A stretch of DNA of 64,000 nt from an uncultured Candidatus Micrarchaeota archaeon (GTDB lineage: Archaea > Micrarchaeota > Micrarchaeia > Anstonellales > Bilamarchaeaceae), in contig CAIKOA010000032.1 of NCBI GenBank assembly GCA_903828955.1, forward strand, positions 20,141-84,140, in the 5' to 3' direction. Positions 16,833-26,303 of this stretch are shown here, in pieces; the first letter of the stretch is position 1, and each line of letters begins with the position of its first letter. Made by a program: the position numbers and the translations under genes. The notes below the pieces were generated by a model that was given only the letters and a program-made list of their open reading frames with translations, searched no databases and was not told the DNA's origin.

Positions 16833-18884
16833 ATGTCTGGGGAGGATATTTCTTCATTAGTGTCCGTGTTCGAAGACTTCTTCACAGGCATCTATAAAGA
16901 ACGCATCAATAATGTTCTTGCTTCTTACCCGAACCGCCGCAGCCTTGAAGTAAACTACGACGATTTGGACAAATTCGACACCGCAGTTGCGGATAAACTC
17001 GTAAAAGAGCCCGAAGTGCTCACCGAAGCAGCCGAGGAGGCAATCCGCAACATGAACCTCACCCCTGCTTCCGGAGGCGAATTCAAGCCGCACGTGCGCT
17101 TCTTCAATGCTCCCGGAGGCGACAAGCTCACAATAGAACGGCTTAGTTCAGAACGCTTAAACGAACTCGTCTCTTTCCGCGGAATCGTAACCAAACGCAC
17201 GGACGTAATGCACAAAGTTAAGATTGCCCATTACGCCTGCCAGGCATGCGGCTCAGAACTGGATGCAGCCGTGACCCGCTCATTCAAGCCGCCCAAAATG
17301 TGCCCTTCCTGCAAAAAGCTCGCCTTAATCCCAAATGAGGAAAAATCCCGCTTCACGGATATGCAGAAATCCGAAACACAGGATTTGCTTGAGCGCGTTC
17401 GCGGAGGCGCCCCAGCCGCAAAAGTGGAACTCTGGTTCGAAGACGACATCGTGAACACGGTAACTCCCGGAGACAATATAGAAATAACCGGAATTCTCCG
17501 CATAAAGCCCACCCAGAACCTGAAGCAGAAAAACGATTTTCTTTTCACCCGCTACATAGAAGTAGTGCATGCAAAGAGCCTCAAGAGGGATTTCGAGGAG
17601 ATCGAGCTCACCCGCGAAGACATCGACCACATAAAAGAGATGGCCAAAGACCCGGACATAGAAAAGAAAATATTCTCTTCAATCGCGCCCGCAGTATATG
17701 GGTACACGGAAGTGAAGAAAGCCCTCGCGCTCCAGCTTTTCGGAGGCACCCGCGACAAGATGATGAAGGGCGGCGCGATGGTGAGGGATGACATCCACCT
17801 TCTCCTTATTGGAGACCCGGGTATTGCTAAAACCAGGTTCCTGAACTCCTCGGTTGCAATCGCGCCGAAAGCAATCTATGTGAGCGGAAAGAGCGTTTCC
17901 GGAGTCGGCCTCACCGCTTCCGCGGAAAAAGATGAGCTTGGGGATGGGGGCTGGACCCTCAAGGCCGGCGCCCTCGTTCTCGCTTCCGGCGGAATAGGCG
18001 CAATTGATGAATTCGACAAAATAGATGAGGAAGACCGCGGATCCCTTCACGAAGTGATGGAATCACAAACGGTTTCAATAGCAAAGGCCGGAATAGTCGC
18101 AAAATTCCGCGCCAAAACAGCAATCATCGCAGCCGCAAACCCGAAGCACGGCCGCTTCAACCAAACCAAGAACCTCGCAGACCAGTTCGATGTCCCGCCA
18201 TCCCTCCTTTCCCGTTTCGACCTTATTTTCCCGATAATTGACGTCCTTGATGAAGAAAAGGACCTGAACCTCGCAGAGCATATTCTCACTTCGCACATAA
18301 ATGCCGCAAAGGGAAAAATGCATGAAGACAGCGCAGACGAAATCGACCGCGAACTCCTTAGGAAATATATTTCTTACGCCCGCAGGGAGATAAAACCGGT
18401 TCTCAGCGAGGCTGCAAAGAACCGCATAAAGGATTTCTACCTTGATTTGAGGAGAAGGGGAAAATCCAGCGGCTCAGTCCCCATCACCCCCAGGTATTTG
18501 GAAGGGATGGTCCGCCTTTCCGAAGCGCACGCAAAGATGCGCCTTTCCGATGTTGTCGAACTTGCGGATTCGGAAGCGGCAATCGGCCTAATGGAATATG
18601 TCCTCAAGAAAGTGATGACCGACCAGGAAACCGGCCGCTTCGATGTGGACATAATCACCACTGGAAAAGCCCGCTCGCAAGTTGAAAGAATAGAAACAAT
18701 TCTAGATATCCTAAAAGAGAAAACCCGCGACCAGGAAGCGGTTCCCAGGGACGAAGTCCTCAGAGCCGCGGAAGCTTCCGGAATGGACCCCTCCCTTGCA
18801 AAGCGCATCCTCCAAGAACTAATGCACAAAGGCGAAGTTTACGAAAAAGAGCCGGGCTGGATAGCGCTGGTAGGAGAGAAATAG
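16833..18884 (+). CDS. mcm: Minichromosome maintenance (MCM) replicative helicase
   Basis: Walker A is LLIGDPGIAKTRFL. The Zn finger is CQACGSELD...CPSCKK. The arginine finger / MCM box is IIAAANPKHGRFN...SLLSRFDLIF. Length is 683 aa. Confidence 0.9.
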   Translation: MSGEDISSLVSVFEDFFTGIYKERINNVLASYPNRRSLEVNYDDLDKFDTAVADKLVKEPEVLTEAAEEAIRNMNLTPASGGEFKPHVRFFNAPGGDKLTIERLSSERLNELVSFRGIVTKRTDVMHKVKIAHYACQACGSELDAAVTRSFKPPKMCPSCKKLALIPNEEKSRFTDMQKSETQDLLERVRGGAPAAKVELWFEDDIVNTVTPGDNIEITGILRIKPTQNLKQKNDFLFTRYIEVVHAKSLKRDFEEIELTREDIDHIKEMAKDPDIEKKIFSSIAPAVYGYTEVKKALALQLFGGTRDKMMKGGAMVRDDIHLLLIGDPGIAKTRFLNSSVAIAPKAIYVSGKSVSGVGLTASAEKDELGDGGWTLKAGALVLASGGIGAIDEFDKIDEEDRGSLHEVMESQTVSIAKAGIVAKFRAKTAIIAAANPKHGRFNQTKNLADQFDVPPSLLSRFDLIFPIIDVLDEEKDLNLAEHILTSHINAAKGKMHEDSADEIDRELLRKYISYARREIKPVLSEAAKNRIKDFYLDLRRRGKSSGSVPITPRYLEGMVRLSEAHAKMRLSDVVELADSEAAIGLMEYVLKKVMTDQETGRFDVDIITTGKARSQVERIETILDILKEKTRDQEAVPRDEVLRAAEASGMDPSLAKRILQELMHKGEVYEKEPGWIALVGEK

Positions 18885-18935
18885 CAATCCCCCAATAATT
18901 CCGCTTTTTATTCCTTCCCACGGTAATACCTCCCA

Positions 18936-19760
18936 ATGAATTTATTGGTAAAATTAATCGGAATGTTCCTCATAGCCCAATTGCTGGGGATTTACGCGGG
19001 CTCCTACATAATAGAGGATGCAAAAAACAACGAAGTAGTTTCGTATATGCTCATAGAGAATTCCGGCCCGGAAACAATCCCCTGGTTCGTATTCGCAGTC
19101 CTTTTCGGGGCAGGAATTTTCCTGGTGCTTGCCAGATTGAAAATCCCATTCCTGTTCACCCTTCTGGAAATTGCAGTAATCAGCGCAACCTCATCAATCC
19201 TGTTCTATTCCTTCATAAAACCCGTTCTCGGCCTTACAATTGAATCAATGGCTGCCGCAATCCTTCTCGCTTTCGTTCTTGCAGTTGCAAAGCAGTTCTT
19301 CCCCAACCTGAAAAATGCAGCCGCCCTTCTCTCAAGTGCTGGCGCAGGCGCAGTCTTTGGCTTCACCTTTGGTTTCCTTGCCGCAATGCTCTTCCTCTTA
19401 GTTCTTGCAATCTACGATTACATTTCGGTCTACAAAACCAAGCACATGGTCACGATGGCAACCGAAATAGTGAAGCGCAACATGGCATTTACAATTACCG
19501 CAAAGGAAAAGCTCCCTTCAGGAAAGGAGTCCAGACTTGATTTAGGCACCGGAGACCTCTCCATTCCCATAATGGCGGAAGTTTCCGCCTATTCAATAAG
19601 CCCCCTCCTTTCCGGCTGGGCGCTCGCAGGCGCGCTCGCAGGAGTCGGAATCGTCCTCTTCACCGCCTGGAAGAGGAAGCAGATTCTCCCCGCGCTTCCG
19701 CCTATTGCACTAGGGATTATTCTATTCACATTATTTGCGTTGCTTACGGGGCTATATTAA
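18936..19760 (+). CDS. Presenilin / signal-peptide-peptidase homolog (intramembrane aspartyl protease, PSH-like)
   Basis: It is polytopic, with YD (VLAIYDYISVY), GxGD (LGTGDLSIP) and PAL (ILPALPPIALG) motifs in the expected order. Confidence 0.7.
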   Translation: MNLLVKLIGMFLIAQLLGIYAGSYIIEDAKNNEVVSYMLIENSGPETIPWFVFAVLFGAGIFLVLARLKIPFLFTLLEIAVISATSSILFYSFIKPVLGLTIESMAAAILLAFVLAVAKQFFPNLKNAAALLSSAGAGAVFGFTFGFLAAMLFLLVLAIYDYISVYKTKHMVTMATEIVKRNMAFTITAKEKLPSGKESRLDLGTGDLSIPIMAEVSAYSISPLLSGWALAGALAGVGIVLFTAWKRKQILPALPPIALGIILFTLFALLTGLY

Positions 19761-19777
19761 TTCTAAATTTCAATCCG

Positions 19778-19852
19778 CCCAAGATTAAAGCACTCTAAAA
19801 TCAATAACCACTTGCATCTTAGAAGCAGAATAAGGCCTGACCTCCCTCTCAA
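19778..19852. pseudogene. Degenerate duplicate (~80% identity) of the last ~70 bp of trm5
   Basis: ttaaagcactctaaaatcaataaccacttgcatcttagaagcagaataaggcctgacctccctctcaaag aligns with 19911-19980, ttaatctattttaaaatcaataactacttgcatcttagacgcagagtacggtcttacttccctcgcaaat. Confidence 0.6.
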
Positions 19853-19910
19853 AGAGCCCTTCAGGGGGAGCGCCCCCTAAAGTGCTTCACCCCCAGCAAC
19901 CCCCCATCAC
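19853..19910. repeat. Hairpin-bearing small repeat element, short copy B (internal-deletion derivative of copy A)
   Basis: agagcccttcagggggagcgccccctaaagtgcttcacccccagcaaccccccatcactt shares both termini with 15368-15514. The hairpin lies at 19863-19878. It abuts the trm5 stop at 19911. Confidence 0.55.
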
Positions 19911-20960
19911 TTAATCTATTTTAAAATCAATAACTACTTGCATCTTAGACGCAGAGTACGGTCTTACTTCCCTCGCAAATACAAATTCAATTTTTCTTCC
20001 GGCTTTACGCGCAGCCTCCTCCACAAACCCGCGCGCCTGCGTAAACCCATTTTCCACATCCACAAAAGAATAGAAGTGCACAATGCACCCGGGTTTCGCA
20101 GCAAGGAAAGCAACATCCAAAAACTCGTGCGCATCCTTTGGGAGCGGCATCGCAATCCGATCAGCCCACCCTACAAACCGTTCCTTCACAACCGCCCGCG
20201 CATCCCCGAGAATCGCTTCCACATTCTTCAGCTTATTCAATCTGATGTTCCCCTCAAAATAGCGGACCGCATCCGGGTTCAGTTCAATCCCAACCACGTG
20301 CGCACAAGGCGAAAATTTCCCAATTTCCAGTGCAAAAGGGCCCACCCCTGCAAAAGGAACGAGCACCTTTTCCCCATCCTTCACAAGTTCGCACAGCCTC
20401 TTCCTCTCATGCGAAAGCCTGGGAGAAAAATACACCTTCCCAACATCCAGGTTCATGCGCACCCCATTTTCCGAGTAAGTGGTTTCCGTTCTTTTTTCCC
20501 CTGCAAGGTGCGCAAGCTTCGTAATCCGAAACTCCCCCTCCCGCCCGCCCGCTTTCTGCAAAACAACTTTTGCGCGCGCTTCAGATTCCAATAAAATCTC
20601 TCCAATCTCCGTCTTCTTCCCTTCCAATTCCCGGGGAATATCGACAATAACTATGTCCCCAACAATATCATAAGAGGAAAGCACCCCCTTGGCATGCTCT
20701 TCCCCAAGCAATTCGATTAATTTCTGCCTGAAATTCTTCCTAATTTCGCGCGCCTCAAGCTCAACCCGTACAATTTCCAATCCAGAGCCGGAAAGTTTCT
20801 CTTCCGCTTCCTCTCCCCCAACTACCGGAAGGTAGACATGCTCTCCCCTCTGCATTGGAAATCTCATCTTATCCATTAATCCCATCCCCACGAGTTTTTT
20901 GCGCGTCTCTTCCGCATTCTTTTTCCGGATGCGCACCGCAGGGCCCTTTTTCTTAACCAT
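19911..20960 (-). CDS. trm5: tRNA (guanine37-N1)-methyltransferase Trm5 / TYW2 family (Met-10 domain)
   Basis: YDIVGDIVIVDIP...YFSPRLSHERKRL...VLVPFAGVGPFALEI are the Trm5/Taw2 family motifs. Confidence 0.8.
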   Translation of the reverse strand: MVKKKGPAVRIRKKNAEETRKKLVGMGLMDKMRFPMQRGEHVYLPVVGGEEAEEKLSGSGLEIVRVELEAREIRKNFRQKLIELLGEEHAKGVLSSYDIVGDIVIVDIPRELEGKKTEIGEILLESEARAKVVLQKAGGREGEFRITKLAHLAGEKRTETTYSENGVRMNLDVGKVYFSPRLSHERKRLCELVKDGEKVLVPFAGVGPFALEIGKFSPCAHVVGIELNPDAVRYFEGNIRLNKLKNVEAILGDARAVVKERFVGWADRIAMPLPKDAHEFLDVAFLAAKPGCIVHFYSFVDVENGFTQARGFVEEAARKAGRKIEFVFAREVRPYSASKMQVVIDFKID

Positions 20961-21021
20961 CGTTCCTCCATTTGCTTATTAGGATTTAAATAATATCTTC
21001 CACAAATCCCAAACGGTAAGA

Positions 21022-21897
21022 ATGCAGAAAGAAGAATACCTAAGCTGGCTTTCCAAATACACGGACGCGGAAGCCTGCGCTTCCGCACAGGAAGACCTTT
21101 CCTACTTCATCAGGGTAAACACCCTCAAGACCAGCGTGGAAAATTACCTGGATTGGACCGGCTTGGAGCTCGAGCCCACCCTCCTCCCTTATGCATTCAA
21201 GGTAATTTCCCCTCCGGAAGGAGGCCTCGGAAACACTTTGGATTTCGCAACCGGCTGCATCCATACGCAGGCCCTCTCCTCAATGCTTCCCCCGCACATC
21301 CTAGGCCCATCCAGAGAAGACACACTTCTGGATATTTGCGCAGCCCCAGGATCGAAAACCACCCAGTGCGCCGCACTAATGCAGAATAGGGGAGCAATTC
21401 TCGCAAACGACTCCAACCGCGGAAGGATAAGCGCACTCTCAGACAACCTTGAGCGCCTGGGCGCAATCAACGCCTCTACCTCAAACCGGAACGGCGCAAT
21501 CTTTGCGCACCCGCACAAATTCTCAAAAGCACTCGCAGATGTCCCCTGCTCATCGCTAGGAAGCAACCCCGGTGCATTCGAGCACTGGAACCTGAACTTC
21601 TCCAAAAGCATCTCTCCCCTGCAATTTTCCATTCTCCGCTCCGCATTCGATTCACTTCAAGAAGGCGGAACACTGGTCTACTCCACCTGCACCTATGCTG
21701 AAGAGGAAAACGAAAAGCCGGTTGCCCGCCTTCTCTCAGAAAACCCGCGCGCGCGTTTAGAAAAAATAGAAGGCATCCCAAACACGCATCCAGGAATTTC
21801 AGATTACGGAAGCGAATTTCGCAACGCAGCGCGCGTTTACCCCCACGAATTCGGAAGCGAAGGCTTCTTCCTTGCAAAAATAAAGAAGGAGGGATAA
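21022..21897 (+). CDS. RNA cytosine-C5 methyltransferase, NOL1/NOP2/Sun family
   Basis: It has IRVNTLK, the SAM motif LDICAAPGSKT, DVPCSSLGS (motif IV Cys) and LVYSTCTYAEEENE (motif VI Cys). The C-terminal is GFFLAKIKK. Confidence 0.85.
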   Translation: MQKEEYLSWLSKYTDAEACASAQEDLSYFIRVNTLKTSVENYLDWTGLELEPTLLPYAFKVISPPEGGLGNTLDFATGCIHTQALSSMLPPHILGPSREDTLLDICAAPGSKTTQCAALMQNRGAILANDSNRGRISALSDNLERLGAINASTSNRNGAIFAHPHKFSKALADVPCSSLGSNPGAFEHWNLNFSKSISPLQFSILRSAFDSLQEGGTLVYSTCTYAEEENEKPVARLLSENPRARLEKIEGIPNTHPGISDYGSEFRNAARVYPHEFGSEGFFLAKIKKEG

Positions 21898-21898
21898 T

Positions 21899-22315
21899 AT
21901 GGAATCGGAACCCGAAAAATTTACCCAATATGTCCTGGAAAGGTTCGGAATTCCAATTCCAGACTGGGTGAAAATAGAAGGAAAAAGCAACCTCCGCATG
22001 ATGAGCTCCGAACTCCAAAACTTCCAAACCACAACCCCAAAAGGGATACCCGCCGCAAATATGAACGGAGTTTTCCCAAAGCCCTCCACCTCCTTCCTGC
22101 AATTATTCGGAAACCTCGCAACAAAGAATGTAATTGAGTTGGAAAAAGAAGATGCTCTCAAATTCGCAACCCGCGAAAACCTCCAAACTCTCCAGAATGC
22201 AGAAACCGGCTACGTAATCCTCAAATACAAGGGAGCCACCCTGGGCTGCGGCTTCTACAAAGAAGGAAAAATAGAGAACTTCTTCCCCAAGCAGAGGATG
22301 ATTACTCTAAAATGA
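21899..22315 (+). CDS. Hypothetical protein immediately downstream of the NSUN methyltransferase (possible RNA-binding accessory or split C-terminal domain)
   Basis: The ATG is 1 nt after the NSUN stop. It has protein-like composition and no recognisable motif. Confidence 0.35.
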   Translation: MESEPEKFTQYVLERFGIPIPDWVKIEGKSNLRMMSSELQNFQTTTPKGIPAANMNGVFPKPSTSFLQLFGNLATKNVIELEKEDALKFATRENLQTLQNAETGYVILKYKGATLGCGFYKEGKIENFFPKQRMITLK

Positions 22316-25028
22316 TTGCGGGCTTCCCAGGGGCTGCAACCGAAGCCTTCTCGTGCCCCGCTGCAGCATCCGCCTCTTTCTTCACGACCACTCTAGCCCC
22401 AAGCTCCTTGGAAAGGAATTCCGAAGCATCAAAGAGCGCAGAGAATTCAACTTCCTCAGAAAGCGCAGGCTGCAATGCATGCACCCTCTTCATCAATCCC
22501 TTTGCAAATGCAGCCGCTTTCCCCATGTCCGCCTTGTTCTTGCGCGCCCACTCAAGTGCGGGATTCATATTCTTGCTTTCGCGCATCTCCTCGTACACTC
22601 CTCTTTTCCATTCCGATGCCGTGTATACATAAACCTTCTCAGGCGTCTTCCCGAACCTTTCCGCAATCTTCTCCGCATCATAAATGAGTTCGGAAATCAC
22701 CCTCTCTCCAGCTTCTATTTCATCATCGATCGCATCCTCATCCGCATGCGGGAACCTTTCATTGACCGCAAAACCCTTCTTCCCAAGAGCATGCCAAATC
22801 TCTTCAGAAAGGTGCGGCATGAATGGAGAAAACGCAATCGCCCACTTCTCAAAGAAGGTTTTCAACGCAGGCTTTTTCGCCCTCTTCATATACCAGTGGA
22901 GTTCCTGCGTCATCTCGTAGAAAAGCATCTGCCCAAGCTCCCGCAGCGCCATGTTTGCATAAAGTTGCGGCGCCTCCTTCAATTTCCTGTTTAAGCGGGA
23001 GCGGAGCCATTTCTCTGCCTGTCCATCCCTATCTGTCCTCGCATACTCAAGAAGGGCAAGCAAATCCCCGACCCTTTCCTTTACCCCGACCGCAACGCTT
23101 TTTTCGAAGTTCGTATCCTGGGAAAGGTCAGCCCCCGCCACAACGGAAAATCTAATCACGTCCGCCCCGTATTCCCTTACTGCTTTCCGCAGCGGAAGGA
23201 TATTCCCGAGAGATTTGCTCATTTTTTTCCCTTCCATGAGCACAAACCCGTTCACTACGATGCTTTTCGGCCACTGCGCAGGAGGGAAAATCGCCGCATG
23301 GTTCAATATGAAGAACGGAAGGTGGTTGCGCACAAGGTCTGCGCCCGAGTGCCTCGCATCCAGCGGGTACCAATAAAGGAATTTCTTCCTTAGCATTTCC
23401 GCTTTCGGGTGCACCTCCTTCCTTCCCCTTCCCAAAAATACATAATCAAAAAATTGCGGAGTGAGTTCACTGGTTTTCATTCCCTTGAGCTCATGCGCAA
23501 CCGTATAGAACGCCATGTAAATTGTTGAATCCGAAAGCGGCTCCACAATTTTTGTCTCATCAAATGGGAATTTCGTCCCCAAGCCCGAAGAACGCGTGCA
23601 AGCCTTCTCTTTCAGCCAGTCAATCGTATTCAGGTATTCCTTGCGGGTAATTTCCGGCACAATGCTCATCTGGCCAAGGCACTCCTTCGCCTTGTTCTTC
23701 CATTCCACATTCCCATAATCTATGAACCACTGGTCATCCACTTTCTTGACTACAATTTTGCATCCGCACCTGCAGAATACCGGCCCATTCGCAAGCACAT
23801 AAATCGTAAATGCTTTCCCTTCCTTCTCGAATTTCTCCCCGACCTTCTCCTTCGCTTCCATAACCGGCATTCCGGAGAACTCCCCTGCCTTCATCCTTCC
23901 CCAGTGCGCCTCTTTTTTGTAAAGCTCCCTGGTTGCAGTATCCGCAAGCGGGTCCGTTGTATCCTTTACCCCTAATTTCTCCACATATTCCTGCGCAGGA
24001 ATTGGCGCGCTCCCCCGGTACTCAATTATCGAAATAGGGGGAACCTCCTTCAATTTCCCGATTTCCCGCAGCGCAAGATAATCAAATGGGGCATGCGCGG
24101 GCACGCTCATCACTATTCCCGTCCCAACCTCCTGCTCCACAAACCGGGCCTCGAATACTGGAATCTTCTTCCCAAGCGGGCTCTCCACATTTTTCCCGAT
24201 AATTTCCTTTGCGGAAACCTCCCCAACTACTTTCCCGCTCACCTGCAGGGAGAGGGATTCCCACGCCTCTTTTGCAAAATAGAGCATTTCCCCGCTATCC
24301 ACCTTCACCTTTACAAGAGTAGATTGGGGATTCAGCCACACATTCGTAACCCCATAAACCGTTTCCGGCCGGTAAGTGCTCACAACCAGATATTCTCCCG
24401 CACTAAGGGCAAACTTAATCGCAACCACTTTCTCTATTTCCGGGTCCACATCCCCTTTCGTATCGTGAGAGCTCACCACATTATTGTCCGATGGGCACCA
24501 TGCAAGCCTGTGGCTCCCCTTCACAATAAGCCCCATCTCATGCAATTTCTTCATGTGCCACTCTATGAATTTGTTGAAATGCGCATCAAAGGTATAGAAT
24601 TTCCTCCTCCAGTCTATCGCATACCCCATCTCCTTCATTCCCTGCTCGATTTCCTCTGAAAAATACATCACTAATTTCTCAGGCTCCCCAAGCTCTGCAA
24701 ATTTAGAAGAAGGAATTCCATAAATATTGCTGAAAATGGAGAGCAATTCCGGGTCTTTCTCCCTCACCTTTTTCGCCATCGCAAGAATAGGGGTACCGGT
24801 AACGTGGAAAGCCATGGGCAAAAGCACATTCTTCCCATTCAATCTTGCATAGCGCGCATGAATGTCCAGAATAGTATAAGTTCTGCCGTGCCCGATATGC
24901 TGGGGCGAATTCGGGTAAGGAAAAGCGGCAGTATAGAATTTTTTCTCCCCTCCCTCATCCAGAGGCTCATAAACATGGGCATCTCCCCATTCTTTCTGCC
25001 ATTTCTCCGCAATCCCTGTTAAATCCAT
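22302..25028 (-). CDS. leuS: Leucyl-tRNA synthetase (archaeal type)
   Basis: HIGH is PYPNSPQHIGHGRTY and KMSKS is KMSKSLGN. Length is 908 aa, with an editing domain. Confidence 0.9.
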   Translation of the reverse strand: MDLTGIAEKWQKEWGDAHVYEPLDEGGEKKFYTAAFPYPNSPQHIGHGRTYTILDIHARYARLNGKNVLLPMAFHVTGTPILAMAKKVREKDPELLSIFSNIYGIPSSKFAELGEPEKLVMYFSEEIEQGMKEMGYAIDWRRKFYTFDAHFNKFIEWHMKKLHEMGLIVKGSHRLAWCPSDNNVVSSHDTKGDVDPEIEKVVAIKFALSAGEYLVVSTYRPETVYGVTNVWLNPQSTLVKVKVDSGEMLYFAKEAWESLSLQVSGKVVGEVSAKEIIGKNVESPLGKKIPVFEARFVEQEVGTGIVMSVPAHAPFDYLALREIGKLKEVPPISIIEYRGSAPIPAQEYVEKLGVKDTTDPLADTATRELYKKEAHWGRMKAGEFSGMPVMEAKEKVGEKFEKEGKAFTIYVLANGPVFCRCGCKIVVKKVDDQWFIDYGNVEWKNKAKECLGQMSIVPEITRKEYLNTIDWLKEKACTRSSGLGTKFPFDETKIVEPLSDSTIYMAFYTVAHELKGMKTSELTPQFFDYVFLGRGRKEVHPKAEMLRKKFLYWYPLDARHSGADLVRNHLPFFILNHAAIFPPAQWPKSIVVNGFVLMEGKKMSKSLGNILPLRKAVREYGADVIRFSVVAGADLSQDTNFEKSVAVGVKERVGDLLALLEYARTDRDGQAEKWLRSRLNRKLKEAPQLYANMALRELGQMLFYEMTQELHWYMKRAKKPALKTFFEKWAIAFSPFMPHLSEEIWHALGKKGFAVNERFPHADEDAIDDEIEAGERVISELIYDAEKIAERFGKTPEKVYVYTASEWKRGVYEEMRESKNMNPALEWARKNKADMGKAAAFAKGLMKRVHALQPALSEEVEFSALFDASEFLSKELGARVVVKKEADAAAGHEKASVAAPGKPAIILE

Positions 25029-25109
25029 GAAAATTACCCATAACTGCTGCTTTACAGAATTAGATTCTGAAACTATATATTTATATTAGTTATTCGCAGA
25101 AATACGCCC

Positions 25110-26303
25110 ATGCAGGCGCCAGCGGTCTTTATGCTTCCGCTACTTCAGGGGACACTTCATGACCTATCTCCTGACATAATGCCGCCCTTCGTATATATCG
25201 CCCTCATCACAGCCGCGGGCATAATCGCCCTCTACTATCTTCTTGGAAAATTCCTGGATTCCCCGCAGATAAACGCATTTGCAAAGGAGGAATTCTCCCA
25301 ATTGGTCTTCTCAATAGGAATAGTCGGGCTTTGGTTTTTCTTCTACCAGGTCGCAACAGCCATTTATTCAGCCGCCGTATGCGGGTCAGAGTCGTGCAAC
25401 ATGTTCGAGGTTGCCTTCTACTCCCTCTCAATCGTCCAATCCAAGCTTTTTTCTGCCTACATCAGCTACCTCTCAATTGAAACCTTCGTGAGCATTTTCT
25501 CAACAATAGGGTTCTCCCTCCCTCTAGGTTTCCCAATCCTCGGGGTAAAATGGCTAAGCCTCTCTCCGCTGGGGGGCCTTGGCCTCCTTAGCAACGTAAT
25601 AGTAACGATTACGGAATCCCTGGGTATGCTCCTTGGGCTCGCCATAGGGCGGCAGCAGCTCCTTGCCCTATTTGAGCAGATAGTGCCCGCGGTTTTGCTT
25701 CCCATGGGGCTCCTCCTGCGCTCGCTCCCGTTTACGCGCTCCACCGGCTCCAGCCTCATCGCATTCTCCTTCGCCGCCTTTTTCATTTTCCCTGCCTCAA
25801 TTGCGTTTTCCCACTACCTGATGTTTTCACTTTACCAACCCACCTTCATCCCCCAGGCCCCCACCTTTGACGGGTTCTGCTTTGACCCCAATAACCCGAC
25901 TGACAAGGCAGCCGCCTCAACCGAATTGCAGGATAACATCGCGCGCGCCGAACATTTCATGACCGACGACATGGACCCAAGCTATGACAGTTATTGGTTC
26001 AGGCTCTCAGAGCTCACCGTGGATTCCGGCAAAGCCCTCAAGTCGACATATAGCAACGGCAAAGACTTCATTTCGGATACCTTCTCCCTCAGCAACCTGG
26101 TCTTCGCGCTCGTCAAGCCGACCACGTTCGGATACATATTCTTCACCCTCGTCACCGACCGCCTGCAGGACGTTGCCCAGCTTGCGGTCCTCACAACCGT
26201 AACTTTCGTATTGGAAATAATAATAACCGTTACCGGATACCGTGCGATTTCAGGAATTCTTGGAGGCGAGATGGAAATCCTCGGCCTCACAAAGGTGGTC
26301 TGA
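25110..26303 (+). CDS. Paralog 1 of a six-member tandem family of polytopic membrane proteins (unknown function)
   Basis: It has N-terminal TM + GKFLDSPQ, the LLPMGLLLRSLPFTRSTGSSLIAF signature, a variable exo-domain, and a C-terminal TM + GGEMEILGLTKVV*. Confidence 0.6.
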   Translation: MQAPAVFMLPLLQGTLHDLSPDIMPPFVYIALITAAGIIALYYLLGKFLDSPQINAFAKEEFSQLVFSIGIVGLWFFFYQVATAIYSAAVCGSESCNMFEVAFYSLSIVQSKLFSAYISYLSIETFVSIFSTIGFSLPLGFPILGVKWLSLSPLGGLGLLSNVIVTITESLGMLLGLAIGRQQLLALFEQIVPAVLLPMGLLLRSLPFTRSTGSSLIAFSFAAFFIFPASIAFSHYLMFSLYQPTFIPQAPTFDGFCFDPNNPTDKAAASTELQDNIARAEHFMTDDMDPSYDSYWFRLSELTVDSGKALKSTYSNGKDFISDTFSLSNLVFALVKPTTFGYIFFTLVTDRLQDVAQLAVLTTVTFVLEIIITVTGYRAISGILGGEMEILGLTKVV

